NCBI RefSeq assembly: GCF_044704955.1
Contig: NC_091984.1
Coordinates: 136,524,001-136,588,000 of the forward strand
Length of the DNA: 64,000 bases
Direction: 5' to 3'
DNA from: Pristiophorus japonicus
Taxonomy: Eukaryota
Shown here: one piece after another, positions 1 to 12,751 of the stretch
How positions within the stretch are numbered: the first letter of the stretch is position 1
Layout: each line of letters opens with the position of its first letter
Made by a program: the position numbers and the translations under genes
Notes under the pieces: generated by a model
The model's database searches: none
Told to the model about the DNA's origin: nothing
Seen by the model: the letters and a program-made list of their open reading frames with translations, nothing else

Positions 1-411
1 AGAGGTCATGATATTGGTTGGTGTAGAGTTGTAGGATTTACACCAGTTTAATTGGGCTTATTCTTCGAAACCTGGGGTCAGAGCCTAAGTTTTCAAACTG
101 GTGTCCACAGACCAAGGGGATCTTGGATCTGCAAGCTCATGAAATTTCTATCTGGGCTTCATGTAAAGAGACTCCAGAATTTTTTATCTCTGCAGTGATG
201 CCAGAACAATGGTTTCCCCCTGCCTCGCCCCCCCCCCCCCCCCACACCCCGGCCTTCCCCATGCTGTTAAATGACAGCACCCTCACTATAATGCTGCCAA
301 ACTGCAGGACTCCACCAGAGTGTTATCAAAACCCAGGACCGCTGCCAATAGTACAGGCAGCACCAACCCCAGTGCAGCTAAATCCCACTATTATCGAATC
401 AAAGAACCCTC

Positions 412-503
412 CAAAGTACAGGAGGAGGTCATTTGGCCCATCGTGTCTGTGCCGACTCTGAAAGAGCTATCCAATTCGTCCCCACACCCTTGCTCTTTTC
501 CCT
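412..503 (-). mobile_element. Short, old CR1 LINE 3'-end fragment
   Basis: acaggaggaggtcatttggcccatcgtgtctgtgccg...agagctatccaatt resembles the reverse complement of a CR1 3' UTR (GGCC stem-loop region); it is divergent from the younger copies in the window. Confidence 0.55.
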
Positions 504-1215
504 CATTAGATCTCCTGGGCAATTGAAAAGAGTCTCTTCTGTCTACAAACATTTAAAAAAAAATGTCATGGGGAGCTTTAAAATTGTTGTGTTTTTTTTA
601 ATACTAGTTGAGCAGATTATACTGCTTTTTAACCAATAAAAGAATTAATTTCTGTGTTAATCATTATCCTTTGTTCTGATTGAAAGAAAAAAAAGACTCT
701 TCAGCCACTGGTAAATTATATCTTCAGCATCTGCACAAAGCAACTTGTGTTAAATGGGTAATCTCACTTTGAAGTTTTCTTTCCAGTGTATATGAATGAT
801 GAGCATTAGGTTCTGGAATGTCTTTTGTTGAGCTTTAATTTTGTCATGCTTCCTCGCTATGTGTGTGACCAAGTTTTTTTTAAGCTGATTGATTTAAATT
901 TCTGTTACAAAACAGCACCAAATCATAACTCCAGTAGTAGAGAACATAACTAATGGACAAGAATGAAAACCATCAATCATAAGTTCAAAAATACTAATCA
1001 ACAAAAAAAATGGCAATCTGTTTGGTAATTTAAAAATAAAATGTGCTGATCAAATTGCTGTAAATATTTTCAAAATGCTTTTGGCTACCATCTTGAAGTT
1101 TGAGTTAAGAAATATAATAGTGGAAATAAGATTTCTAACTATCAATAAAGACCAAAATCATAAATTCACAAAGTTACCAAACTCGCCCATATCATAACCT
1201 ACCTGCATTTTATGA

Positions 1216-1786
1216 GAACATAAATAGGAGCAGGAGTAGGCCATTTGGCCGCTCGAGCCTGCTCTGCCATTTAATAAAATCATGGCTGATCTGATCTTGG
1301 CCTCAACTCCACTTAGCTCTCTCCCCATAACCCTTGACTCCCTTATCGTTTAAAAAATTTGTGTCTCTCCATCTTAAATATCTTCAATGACCCAGCCTCC
1401 ACAGCTCTCTGGGGTAGAGAATTCCAAAGATTCACAACCCTTTGAGAGAAGAAATTCCTCCTCATCTCCATTTTAAATGGGCGCCCCCTTATTCTTGAAC
1501 ACTGCCTCCTAGTTCTAGATTCCCCCACTAAGGGAAACATCCTCTCTGCATATACCCTGTCAAGCCCCTCAGAATCTTGTATATTTCAATAAGATCACCT
1601 CACATTCTTCTAAACTCCAATGAGTACAGGCTCAACCTTTCTTCATGTCAATCCCTTCATCTCAGGAATCAACCTTGTGAACATTCTCTGAACTGCCTCC
1701 AATGCAAGTATATCCCTCCTTAAATAAGGAGACCAAAGTTGTGCGCAGTACTCCAGATATGGTCTCACCAACGTCCTGTATAGTTA
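1216..1786 (-). mobile_element. 5'-truncated CR1 LINE (ORF2 C-terminus + 3' tail)
   Basis: Minus ORF 1343-1540 reads MFPLVGESRTR...RRNFFSQRVVNLWNSLPQRAVEA, the CR1 ORF2 C-terminus. The tail gaacataaataggagcaggagtaggcc is shared with other copies. Confidence 0.92.
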
Positions 1787-2135
1787 TCTGTCCACGAATG
1801 TTCTCTGTCGGGCCTTGGGTTTGTGGTCTTCCCAGAGCTCTTATTCTACCAGCTGAAGGGGCAACAAACACAATGCAACTCTAAGTGCCTTTAATTCTCA
1901 GCAAGCTATAATCTTCAGTCTGGGCAAACATTGTGGCTTTAAAAAACTCCCAGCATGTTTGTGTGAGATTTTCGCAGCCAATCTGTGCCGTCCAAACAGA
2001 AGCCAGAGGCAAGGCAGGCTGTACTAGCAATTAAGTGTTTTTCCTGAAGACTTCAAAACAAGGTATAGCAGGGACTGTGGAACATTTTTGAAGACCGAAA
2101 AGCTATTTCCAAGAAATTATTTTTACAGACAGTAT

Positions 2136-4051
2136 GGGCCCAAGTTTCGAGCCGCGCCTAGAGCGGCGCAGTCCCGACCTGGACGCCCGTTTTTCGCGCC
2201 ACAAAGTGCGCCTAAAAAAAACTTCCAGATTCTCCAGCTCCCTGCAGGTCGTTTACAGCTCGGCGCAGCACAGCAGGAGCTGTAGGGGGCGGAGCCAGGT
2301 CCCTGCGCTGAAAACCGTGCCGGGACCTCTGCACATGCGCGCTACAGTGGGCGTGCATGTGCAGTAGCTCCAGGCACCCAAAACTGTATGGGAGGGGCCC
2401 GAAGCACGCAGCCCCTAGCCCTAGCCGAATGGCCTCACTGGGGCTGCGTGAATAAGGCTCCTCCCACGGCCAGCTCCTGCTTCCTCCCGACCCGACTCGA
2501 CTCCCGCCCCCCGCCTCCCGCCTCCGGACCGGACCAACGCCGACCCGACTCCCGCCCCCCCCCCCCCCCCCCTGCCCCTGGACCGGACCCGACTCCCGCT
2601 CCCCCCCACCTCCGGACCCGACACCGACACCGACCCGACTCCCGTTCCCCCGCCCCCAGACCGGACCCGACCCCCTGGACTGCACCCGACCCGACTCCCG
2701 CGCTCCCCCCCCCCCCCCCCCCGGACTGGACCCGACCTGACCTCCCTCCCCCCGACCCGAACCTCCCTTCCTCCCTCCCACCACCCCCCCCCCCCCCCCG
2801 ACCCGTGCTCCCCCCGACCCAACCCAACGCCACCTACCTGTAAATCTGCTGCTGGGGACGGGCCCTGCCCGAAGTCTTGGGCCGTACCGGGCCCGGCCCG
2901 GCCCGTTCAGCCTCCCTCCCCGGCCCGTTCTGCCTCCCTCCCCCTTCTCCTTCCACCCCTCCATCTCCTTTCTTCCCCCCCCCTCCATCTCCTTCCCCCC
3001 CCTCCCCATCTCCTTTCTTCCCCCCCCCCCCCCATCTCCTTTCTTCCCCCCCCCCATCTCCTTTCTTCCCCCCCCCCCCATCTCCTTTCTTCCCCCCCCC
3101 CCATCTCCTTTCTTCCCCCCCCCCCCCCATCTCCTTTCTTCCCCCCCCCCCATCTCCTTTCTTCCCCCCCCCCCCATCTCCTTTCTTCCCCCCCCCCCCA
3201 TCTCCTTTCTTCCCCCCCCCCCATCTCCTTTCTTCCCCCCCCCCATCTCCTTTCTTTCCCCCCCATCTCCTTTCTTTCCCCCCCCATCTCCTTTCTCCCC
3301 CTCCCCCTTCTCTCCTCCCCCCCCCCCTTCTCTCCTCCCCCCCCCTTCTCTCCTCCCCCCCCATCTCTCCTCCCCCCCCCCCCCCTTCCCTCCCTCTGCT
3401 CCCCCCCTCTCTCTCTGTCAGATACACAGACACTGATAGACAGAGAGTGAGAGGCACACACACAGGCAGACAGAGAGATAGAGACACTGACAGAGACACA
3501 CTGGGGGGGGGGGGGCATCCCAGCACGCTGTTGGAGGGCTCCCGGTGCTGCAGTCGGTAAGTAGAAAATGTTTTATTTATTGATTTAAAAAAAATTATTT
3601 CTTATTAATTTTTTATGATTGATTTATTGGTTGATTTATTGATGTAATAATCATTTATTATTGATGGCTCTTTATTTGTAAAACTGAAGTGTTTAATGTT
3701 TGTAAACTTCACTTTTAAACCCCCCCCCCCCCCACCATTCCCTACGCCTGATTTGTAACCTACGCCTGATTTTCTAAAATGTAGACAAGGTTTTTTCGAG
3801 CATACAAAAATCTTCACTTACTCCATTCTAAGTTAGTTTGGAGTAAGTTTTCACTGACGAAACTTTGAAAGCAGGCGTAAGTGGTCGGACACGCCCCCTT
3901 TTGAAAAAAAAATTCTGTTCCAAAGTGAAACTGTTCTAACTGACTCGAACTGGAGCAAACTAAATGACGAGAATTCCGATTTCTAAGATACTCCGTTCTA
4001 CACCAGTTGCTCCTAAAAAATCAGGAGCAAATCATGTCGAAACTTGGGGCC
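2136..4051 (+). mobile_element. Non-autonomous DNA transposon (MITE), PIF/Harbinger-like, family 1
   Basis: TIRs gggcccaagtttcga / tcgaaacttggggcc match at 14/15 positions. The 3-bp TSD is TAT (2133-2135, 4052-4054). No transposase is present. It is homologous to the copies at 21333, 45176, 53003 and 61036. Confidence 0.9.
2960..3300. repeat. ~20-bp pyrimidine minisatellite (CnATCTCCTTTCTT)n inside the MITE
   Basis: Roughly 15 tandem units with variable C-runs, preceded by (CCCGA)-type repeats at ~2485-2830. Confidence 0.9.
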
Positions 4052-7000
4052 TATGTAGGGGAGATGTAAAGGAGAAAGCCCAGATGTAATGAAACGGGGA
4101 AAGGAAGCGCCTCGTACTGTAAAATAAGGTATAAACTGTAAAGAAGAATCGAGCAGAAGTTTGCACCAAGGCTGCGAATTGGAGAGAAATGCAGCTTGAA
4201 TCAGTAGTGTATTATTAAAATGCCGTGTGATGCCTCGCACAGCTGCTTAACATCGGTTACTATAATAACTGGTCATTCAGCCAGCGAGTGATCAGCTCAC
4301 GGCACTATTTAAAATGAGAGTTTTGATTTAAATTGCTGGTAAGTGGAGGAAGTGCTGACTACAAGCAGCTGTTCCAATAATCTGTTGAAGACAGGTTGAG
4401 AAGTAGAATACGAGTATCTTAAAACATTCTGCTGAACTCTTTGGCCAGTGTAGTAAAGTCGATCCTGCAACATCATGAGAGTAGCACTGTGGAACATTTG
4501 CTGGTCTATGAAAAGATTCAGCAGAGTGTGTGTTTTTCCCAAGAGGTCACTTCTCCTCTGTCACAACTTGGCATTGTGTATATAAAATATGAATTTCAGT
4601 GGCTCAAATTTAAAACATTCAGAAGAGAAATCACAGCTAAGAAGTTGGGAATGTATGAACCAAAATGAGGAAATAGAGAATGAAAAGTTAGCAAATTCTA
4701 CCAATAAAAGAAAGCAGATGGGAACAAATGAAATTACCCCAAATTTATTGTCTTTATGTCTCTCTCTCTCTCTCTCTGGCGGTGAATATTGCATCCTTTC
4801 TACCATTCTAGCTAACAGAGCAGGAGTTCAGCTACACACTCTCTCATCTCTCTGAGACATGTACAACTGACGAGGATAATGGCAGTAGCAGGTGGTGTAC
4901 AAAATATCAAATCCACCTTGACTTTACTTGTTTCAAACTCTGTTGGAGTTGTAAACCACTGATCCACAGTCAGTGGTTGAGTTTAGGCAGTTCAGTACAT
5001 TTGAATTTGGGATCTTCCTACTTAATGCAGCTCACCTACTTACTGTTCAGGTCAGAACTTTTTATTCAGCAGTGCTCCTCAAAAGTAAATGACCTAACCC
5101 CTTTAGAACAGATAGCAGCACATGGCCATGATTTTAGAGTTCTTGTGTTCTGCCATCTTATCAAATATCTCATTATATGTGGTCTGGTTTCATGTCAATG
5201 AGCTTGATGTTTCAGCACAGCATAGCATCACGACGCAGCCACGTTGAAGCACAGGACCAGCTCAGCATCAATATTGTTAATTGGCAGCTTTTGACGTGGA
5301 ACCTTTTTGCACTACTGGTATAACTTTGGTCGTATAATTAAGCTGTTACAGCAAAAGGTCACGCATCACATTACCTGCACAGATGAGAGCTCTTCATATG
5401 TGGACAAAACGCCCTGTATATCGTCAGAAGAGCATCCACGTCCAATGGGTCAACAGGAGACCTATGGCGGACTTAAATTTACAAACTGGAGGAGCACGTG
5501 GGGGAGGCCACTTTGACTTTGTGCTCCCAGAACTCAAAGCACATTGAGCTGTTTCATAAAAGTACCTTGCTGTTCCCATTTACTGTATTGCCATTCACAG
5601 TGTAGGAAAATATGTGGACAAACTCAGTACTAGTTCTGAAAAGCAATGATGCACTGATATCGGTCTTGTCAAAAATGCGGGTGACTCCGCTGTGTTTGAT
5701 TTCAGCAGCTTTGTAGGATAAAGTAGAAAGCAAAAATGAAGTTACTGATTCTTCAGCTTTGCGCAGACAGATTGCTGTTTTGTACTGTGGGTGTAGTCGT
5801 GACCCACTGCTGAAGCAATGCAAAATTGTAGCACATTCATCATCATTTCATTTTGAAAGCTATTTGTACTGGGGTCAGGAGGCAAATGTTGTAGCAGTCG
5901 AATGGCAGTCAGTAATTAGCAGCAGGAATAAGGAGACCCTTTGTTTCTGAGGTTGTTGCTACGTTCTCTGGAAGGGGGATGCTTTACTTACCTCGCACAG
6001 GCTTCAGATAACACTAATTAGGGAGAAAACGGAGGGCCAGGGATGATCAAAAGGAAGGAACTCCAGCAGGATTTTCAATGAACTTGTTACAAAGACAAGC
6101 ATAGTTCTGCTTGTTGCCAAAATAGCCCTAAGTACTGTGTGCCAAATAATGTAATTAACAGCTCATCCACGAAATGCATACAATAACGTTAGTGTTTCAT
6201 GAAAATAACCAATGCAATAGGTCTCTTGCAACTCGTTCTACACATGATCTGGGGATTAAGTCATGTCTGTTTGCGTATGGAGCACTTGTGCATGCAGTTT
6301 TTTTTCTTGCAAGAGGCTGGTGAATTCTTGTCGCTCTTGATCAGTCATTGGTCTTGAAAGGGAAGAGGTTGCAATGGGCTGCTTTAACTTTCGGTAGAGT
6401 TTCTTCAAATAGCCATATTTCCCCCCAACCTAAAGATTATTTCAAAATGTTCAACATTAAATACACTCTGGCTAGTGTAGGAAAATGGTAAAAGAGCTAA
6501 AAGGTTGCTTTGGAGGTAGGAGGGGTGCAGCTGTCTTTGGAGAGGATCAAAAATTCCTTTTTAATTCAATTTGTACTGGAAATACAATCCTGATCCACTG
6601 ATGTTGTCTCTTTGAAGCTGCAGAAAAGTTGTCGATGGGTCTGGATGATTCTTTTTCAATCAGGGCAGATGTAGAATTGATAGTTAACGGAGCAATTTTT
6701 ACTAGAACAGGGGAGGTGATTGGTCAGAGCAGTGTTAAATTCGAGGAATGCTATTAGTTTGGAGTACCAGAGGTTGCTTGGATATTCCTCTTGTGTCGGT
6801 ATTTTATTAATGCTCCGTTGCACCTCCAGACGTTCCGGGTATGATGCCCGATTTTTCCTCGCTCTTCTCTGCATCTTCACTGCGTTGCAATCGAGGCTTA
6901 TCGCACTCATTTGATTTGGGTTCCGAGAGACAATGTCCATGAGCCAACTTTCTGTATTTACATTGCTATCTGGCTCCATTATCTTGCTGGCAGAATCATA

Positions 7001-7414
7001 GATGCACAAAAATTGGATTTGTCTTTTTTTCCTGTGCGCTAGCGCAATCACAAACTTGCAATCACGCATGTGTTCACACATTTGTGTGTGTTCATGTGTG
7101 TTAGTGCTGCTTATTTGATGCTACATTAACAGCTGCACTGCAGTGTGAAGTTACAAGTAACATTTGGCAGGGAAATCAGAAATTTCTTTGGATTAAGAAG
7201 TGGTTCGCAGCAGGAAATTGAGATCAGCTCTGAGATAAATGTAGATACAGTAGATCCTTCCATGCCACTGTTACCATCAGATCTCGTTGTCTTTTATTAA
7301 TGGAAGTAATCAGAAAACCCTCAAATTTCCCAAAATGTAATTAGGTTTTAATTTCCCTCATAGGTAAATTGTACAATCTCAAAATAAAGGGGATGAAATC
7401 AAAAACTTTCACTT

Positions 7415-9720
7415 ATAAGAACATAAGTAGAAACAGGAGTTGGCCAAACGGTCCCTCGAGCCTGCTCCACCCTTTCCTCCTCACTGGAATATATTTTTCT
7501 TGAGAGTTGTGAAATATATCCTTAAATGTATACCACTGTTCATCAACCGTCCTATACTTTAATCTATTTTCCCAATCCACTTTAGCCAACTCTGCCCTCA
7601 TACCTTCATAGTCTCATTTTATTTAAGCTTAGTACGCTGGTTAGAGATCCAACTTTCTCACCCTTCATCTGAATTTGAAATTCAATTATGCGATGATTAC
7701 TCAGTCCGAGGGGATCCTTTACCAGGACATTGACTATTAATCCTGTCTCATTTCACAGGACCAGATCTAAGATAGCCTGCCCCCTGGTTGGTTCCGTTAC
7801 ATACTACTCAAGGAATCCATCCCTTATGCACGCTATGAACTCTTCCTCAAGGCTACCCAGACCAATTTGATTTGTCCATTGTGGTGGTTAAAATCACCCA
7901 TGATTATTGCTGTTCCTTTTTTACAAGCCCCCAATATTTCCTGGTTTATGCTCAGACGAACAGAGTTGCTTCTGTTAGGGGGCCTATAGACTCTGCCCAC
8001 TAGTGACTTTTTCCCCTTATTATTCCTTATCTCCACCTAAACTGTTTCAACATCCTTATCATTTGAGCCAATATTGTTTTTCACTATTCCATCCTTTATC
8101 AACAGAGCTACTTCAACTCCTTTTCCTTTCTGTCTGTCCTTCCGGATTGTCAAATCTTCCTGAATATTTAATTCCCAGTCCTGGTCACCTTGCAACCACG
8201 TCTCTGGAATGGCTATCAGATCATACCTATTTGTCTCAATTGGTGCCGTCAACTCATCTATTTTGTTACAAATGCTACATGCATTTAGACAAAAGTGCCT
8301 TTTAAATTTGTTATTTTACCCTATTTTCCTGCTTATTTCCTCTCTCCTTCAAACTCACTTTCTTTATTTTTACTTTATAATTCCAGCTTTACTCCCCTCC
8401 CGACTGAATCTATTTTCAGGTTCCCATCCTCCTGCCAAGCTAGTTTAAACCCTCCCCAACAGCACGAGCAACCCCCTGCTGCAAGGATATTGGTCCCAGC
8501 TCTATTGAGATGCAACCCATCCAGCTTGTATAGGGCCCACCTCCTCCAGAAGTGGTCCCAATGCCTCAGGAAATGAAAGCCCTCCAGCCACTTATTCATC
8601 TGCTCTATCTTCCTATTTCTGTACTCACTAGCTCGGGGCACTGGGAGTAATCCGGAGATTACTACCTTTGAGGTCTTGCTTTTTAATCTCTCTCCTAGCT
8701 TCCTAAACTCTACCTGCAGGACCTCCTCCCTCTTCCTACCTATGTCATTGGTACCGATGTGGACCACGACCTCTGGCTCTTCGCCCTGTCCACTCCCCAG
8801 AATGCCCTGCAGCCGCTCAGTGACATCCTTGACCCTGGCACCAGGGAGGCAACCTACCATCCTGGAGTCAGGTCTGCAGCTGCAGAAACGTCTGTCTGCT
8901 CCCCTGACAATGGAATCCCCGACCACTATAGCTCTTCCATTCCCCCCCACCCCCTGTGCAGCTGAGCCAACCGTGGTGGCGTGGACTTGGCTCTGGCTGC
9001 ATTCCCCAGAGCCACCATTGCCCTCACCGGTACTCAATAGAGTACCGGTTGGAGAGCAAGCTGGACTCGGGTCGGGGGGTGGGGGCGGCGGGAGAGACGC
9101 TTGCACGATCTCCCTAGTCCTTCTCTTCTGTCCAGGGATCACCCAATCACTATCTGCCTGCACACTCTTAAGCTGTGGGGTGACTGCCTCTAGAAACTTG
9201 CTATCCTCGTAGTTCTCAGTTTCACGGATGCACCGCAGTGAATCCAGCCGCCGCTCAAGCTCCGAAACGCGGAGCTCGAGTTGGTGCAGCTCGAGACACC
9301 TCCTTCACACGTGGTCGTCCTGGCTGTGCGGACCATCTGGGATTTCCCACATGCCACAGGATGTGCAATCCATGGGACTGAGCTGCCCTGCCATCCCGCT
9401 AGTTACACTCTGAACTATCAAGTAGAACTAAACTCTAAATCTTAGCAAAACACGCTCAACTGCTACTTATCTATTTAATTGCAGTTCATAACTTACACCA
9501 ATGCCCAACGTTTGTTAAAGAAAAAGAAAAATACTCATCAATCCACCAACCAATTACTTAACTGCTTGGCTGTGACGTCACACTTCGATTTCGATATTTA
9601 TATTTTTACTTTTGTCCCTGCTGCAGATGACCTCCCAATCTGCCGCTGCTCCAAACTGCCGCCACCCTTTGGAGTCCTGCGCCCACTCGGGTCTCGTGAT
9701 GCAGGCCTCCTCCCGATGAC
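7415..9720 (-). mobile_element. CR1 LINE with 5' UTR, ORF1 and endonuclease but no RT; ~55-nt 3' tip joined at ~7470
   Basis: The tail ataagaacataag...cctgctccacc abuts YIPVRRKG of early ORF2. EN motifs IPETWL, YRPPN and MGDFN lie at 7830-8290 and ORF1 at 8375-9394. The 5' boundary is approximate. Confidence 0.88.
8375..9394 (-). pseudogene. CR1 ORF1 remnant (CxxC zinc finger/leucine zipper + SGNH esterase-like domain)
   Basis: From the ATG at 9394 it reads MAGQLSPMDCTSCGMWE...HV*RRCLELHQLELRVSELERRL, with a TGA where the second CxxC cysteine is expected. It continues in frame into ORF 8375-9163 with VGDSIVRG, HIGTND and DGLHLN. Confidence 0.88.
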
Positions 9721-10274
9721 ATTCTTGAGGTGATCGTGGCACTGAGGTTTTCATTAGTTGAAGGGAGGTAGGCTGTGTGCAATCTTGAGGTGGAAGAAGA
9801 TAGTCTCTGGTGGACCGAGTCAACCAGAGGGTTTGATGGAGTTGAAAGTTGAGGCATGCAAGAGGTGATGAAAGCGGAATAGAGTGACTTCAATTTTGCT
9901 GATGTTTAGCTCTTGGAAATGCCAACTAATCTCTGCTTTCATCGATTGGATTGTCAATTATTCAATAATGATGGAATGGTAGTTTAGGAACAGGAACAGT
10001 ACTCTGCCAATCAATGGCTAATGTGCAGCTCGACTCCATTTCTCCACCGTTGCACCATATCCTTTGATACCCTTGCATCAGGTGTCATGTGGAAGCTGAC
10101 CAGGTGATTGCAGGCATGGGCAGGGAAGTTTCAGTGAGTACGTTTGGGCAGGTAGGACTGGATTCATGAGGGTGTTATCGCATAGAAGAGCAGAGTCAAT
10201 AGAGTGAAGATGGCGGAGGATGAGGAGGGATAACAAACTGTACCAGGGTGGTCTTGATGCTGTGGCTGGTTGGA

Positions 10275-10420
10275 AAACATAGAAACATGGAGAATAGGTG
10301 CAGAGTAGGCCATTCGGCCCTTCGAGCCTGCACCACCATTCAATAAGATCATGGCTGATCATTCCCTCAGTACCCCATTCCTGCTTTCTCTCCATGCCCC
10401 TTGATCCCTTTAGCCGTAAG
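10275..10420 (-). mobile_element. CR1 3'-end fragment
   Basis: aaacatagaaacatggagaataggtgcagagtaggccattcggcccttcgagcc is the reverse of the tail seen at 14340-14449. Confidence 0.9.
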
Positions 10421-12148
10421 GACTCTGCAGGGAGTGCTGAGATATTGAACCTGCGGCTGGGTGTTGAAGGAACTTGATGAAAAAATATTGTATGTAGTTT
10501 ATAAAGCACTCAGTCTCTGCATTTTTGCCAATTTTCCTTCATTGCCCTGCTTTTGCTACACTCGATTCTTGCACTGTACTTGTGTTCCCTTTTTGCCATC
10601 ACTTCACTTTAAACTAGCTGTATGAAAACTAATTTGAGTGAGTGGGAAGATTCTTTTATACTTTTCAAAAAATTTGCATGGATTTAGATATTACTGCATG
10701 ATTTAACTTGCATCAGGTGCAAAGTTTGGGAACCTTCAGTTCACCAACTTGAAGACGATGACTTTTGTAAATGAGGACAAATTGCCATAACTTTTGACAT
10801 CTCTTGAAAAACAGTGGAGCAGCATTATTCCATGACAAAGCAAGTGATCTATTCCCTTCTAACACAAACAGCACAGAGTTAGTGTGATAAATACACAGTT
10901 GGCAAATAACCACAGCCTAGTATAATTTGGGAAATTGTCACCACATTACTCATTTAAAGCAGTAGGCTATAATTTGATTTACAAATGGTGATTTCAGTCT
11001 GGTGAAAGCTGAATAGGATTTCAATTTGCTGAAATTGAGCTCTCGGAAATATCCATGTTTTGAAGAACATCATTCTCACTAAACAAAATCTTGCATGTGT
11101 TGAGTTATGATTTAATATAAGCATCTTATTAATATGACCACTCACAGATTCAATTTCTTTCCTTGCTGACCCCTCACTCAATTTTCTTACCTCATTCGCT
11201 CCTCCCATTCACATGAGCATTGGCTTGAGGGTTGCAATAACTTCCAGAATGAAGCAGCACAGCTCGAGGCCGGCAAACTGGCTCGGTCCCTGGGAAGCTG
11301 GAGTACAAGCGTCGGGCGAGAGTACAATTTGAACTTGAGTTACTTGTGCTGAAGTTTTGCTGTGTGTATGACTTGGTCCTGTGCCAACTTTTTCAGTATA
11401 TTGGTGCTAAAAAAGTGATTACGGTTGAAGATGCATATCACCCCTTTGTCTTGCTTTGTTTTACATTTCACCAACGACAGTACATTGGCAGTCAGCACCA
11501 AACCCACTTTTCACACTTGTTTCTTTCGTATAAATATAAAACAAAATTGATTACCTTTGGTTGCATCATTTACTTTCTAGAGATTATATGGAGCTGATTG
11601 TCTCCAACTCTTTTACAAAGGAGCATTAAGCCTGGCCAAGTACACGTGTGCATATTTCTTCTTTTCCCATGTTCCGTAGAGATGCGAGTTGGCAGTGAAA
11701 CCAGGGCTTCCCAATGGTCTTGCTCTTAAAATGATCTTGGTAATTCAACAGCAGTTGTGGTAGAAATTCAGTTGAGATTCATTGTCCCAACTCCGCTGAT
11801 CAGCGGCCATGTTCTTGCAATTGAATCTGCTGTGTGATTTTCAGCATTTACTGCTGTATTGTATTGTCTTTTAAGTGGTGATTTGTACACTCTTGCTTTT
11901 GCGGTGGTACCAGTTGTGAAAGATTCATTGTTGCAGCGAACTGACAAACTCTGCTTTTTATTGGATTCACTCGTACTCTTAAAAGTAAGTGACCCCAGCA
12001 AAAAATGTGGATTTTGTTTCACTTTAGAGACATTTAATTTGGGAAATGTTGCCAATATGGGCTTGAAGTGAACACTTTGGATATCTGCTGCTGCTTGTAT
12101 TTCAACTTTAGGAACTTGGCTGCTGATCAGCGGATTGAAATCCAAATC

Positions 12149-12421
12149 CAACAGCAATTATTTGTACACCGCCTTTAATGTAGTGAAACGTTCCAAGGCA
12201 CTTCACAGGAGTATTATACTCAACACCGAGCCGCATAAGTAGAAATTAGCGCAGTAAGAGGTATGTTTTACGGAGCGCCTTGAAGGAGGAAAGAGAGGTA
12301 GAGGGGTTTAGGCAGCGAGTTCCAGAGCTTGGGGCCAAGGCAACAGAAGGCACAGCCACCAATGGTTGAGTGATTTTAATCAGGGATGCTCAGGAGGGTA
12401 GAATTCGAGGAGTGCAGACAT
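12149..12421 (-). mobile_element. L2-clade LINE 3'-end fragment
   Basis: Homologous to the 3' end of the longer L2 at 25912 (aaggtgcttc...gaggtaggttttaaggagcg...gaattccagagctt). Confidence 0.8.
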
Positions 12422-12751
12422 TCAATTTTCAAAAATAACACTAAGCACAGCAATGTATTCCAGGTCGATTTGATTCTTATTGCAGGCATAGTAATGAGAA
12501 ATATGTTGAAAGTGCTCTCTGACCATAAATAGTGGTGCTATGTTTTGCTGAACAATGTATTTTCCCCCTCCAGCCAAGGAAGTAGCAGACAATCTATCAA
12601 TATTGCTTTTGAGCCAATTGCAAAGAGATGTTTCGATTGGCTTTTTCCTCATCTCCCCCACCCCCTCAGCCCTCTCTGGAGGAAAGTAATTTCTGATTTT
12701 CAAATTGACTGACTACTTGGCTGCTTCTGCACCTCAATGCACTTCATACAC

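Noticed and set aside
2960-3300. Regularly spaced repeats resembling a CRISPR array
   Set aside because: There are no unique spacers, only variable C-runs, in a eukaryotic context with no cas genes.
2212-3560. Long Gly/Pro-rich ORFs (up to 344 aa), with similar ones at 21539-22614, 45174-45810 and 61252-61796
   Set aside because: They are open in several frames on both strands because the MITE cores are stop-poor C/G repeats. No transposase or other domain is visible.
5378-5416. Possible 39-nt minus-strand exon (GVLSTYEELSSVQ) with ag/GTAATG boundaries
   Set aside because: Weak polypyrimidine tract, unrecognised peptide and no partner exons; expected by chance in 64 kb.
6656-7081. 141-aa minus-strand ORF in unique sequence
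   Set aside because: No recognisable domain or splice context.
9730-10490. Purine-rich decayed sequence, possibly an old Penelope or LINE piece
   Set aside because: Too degenerate to assign by eye.
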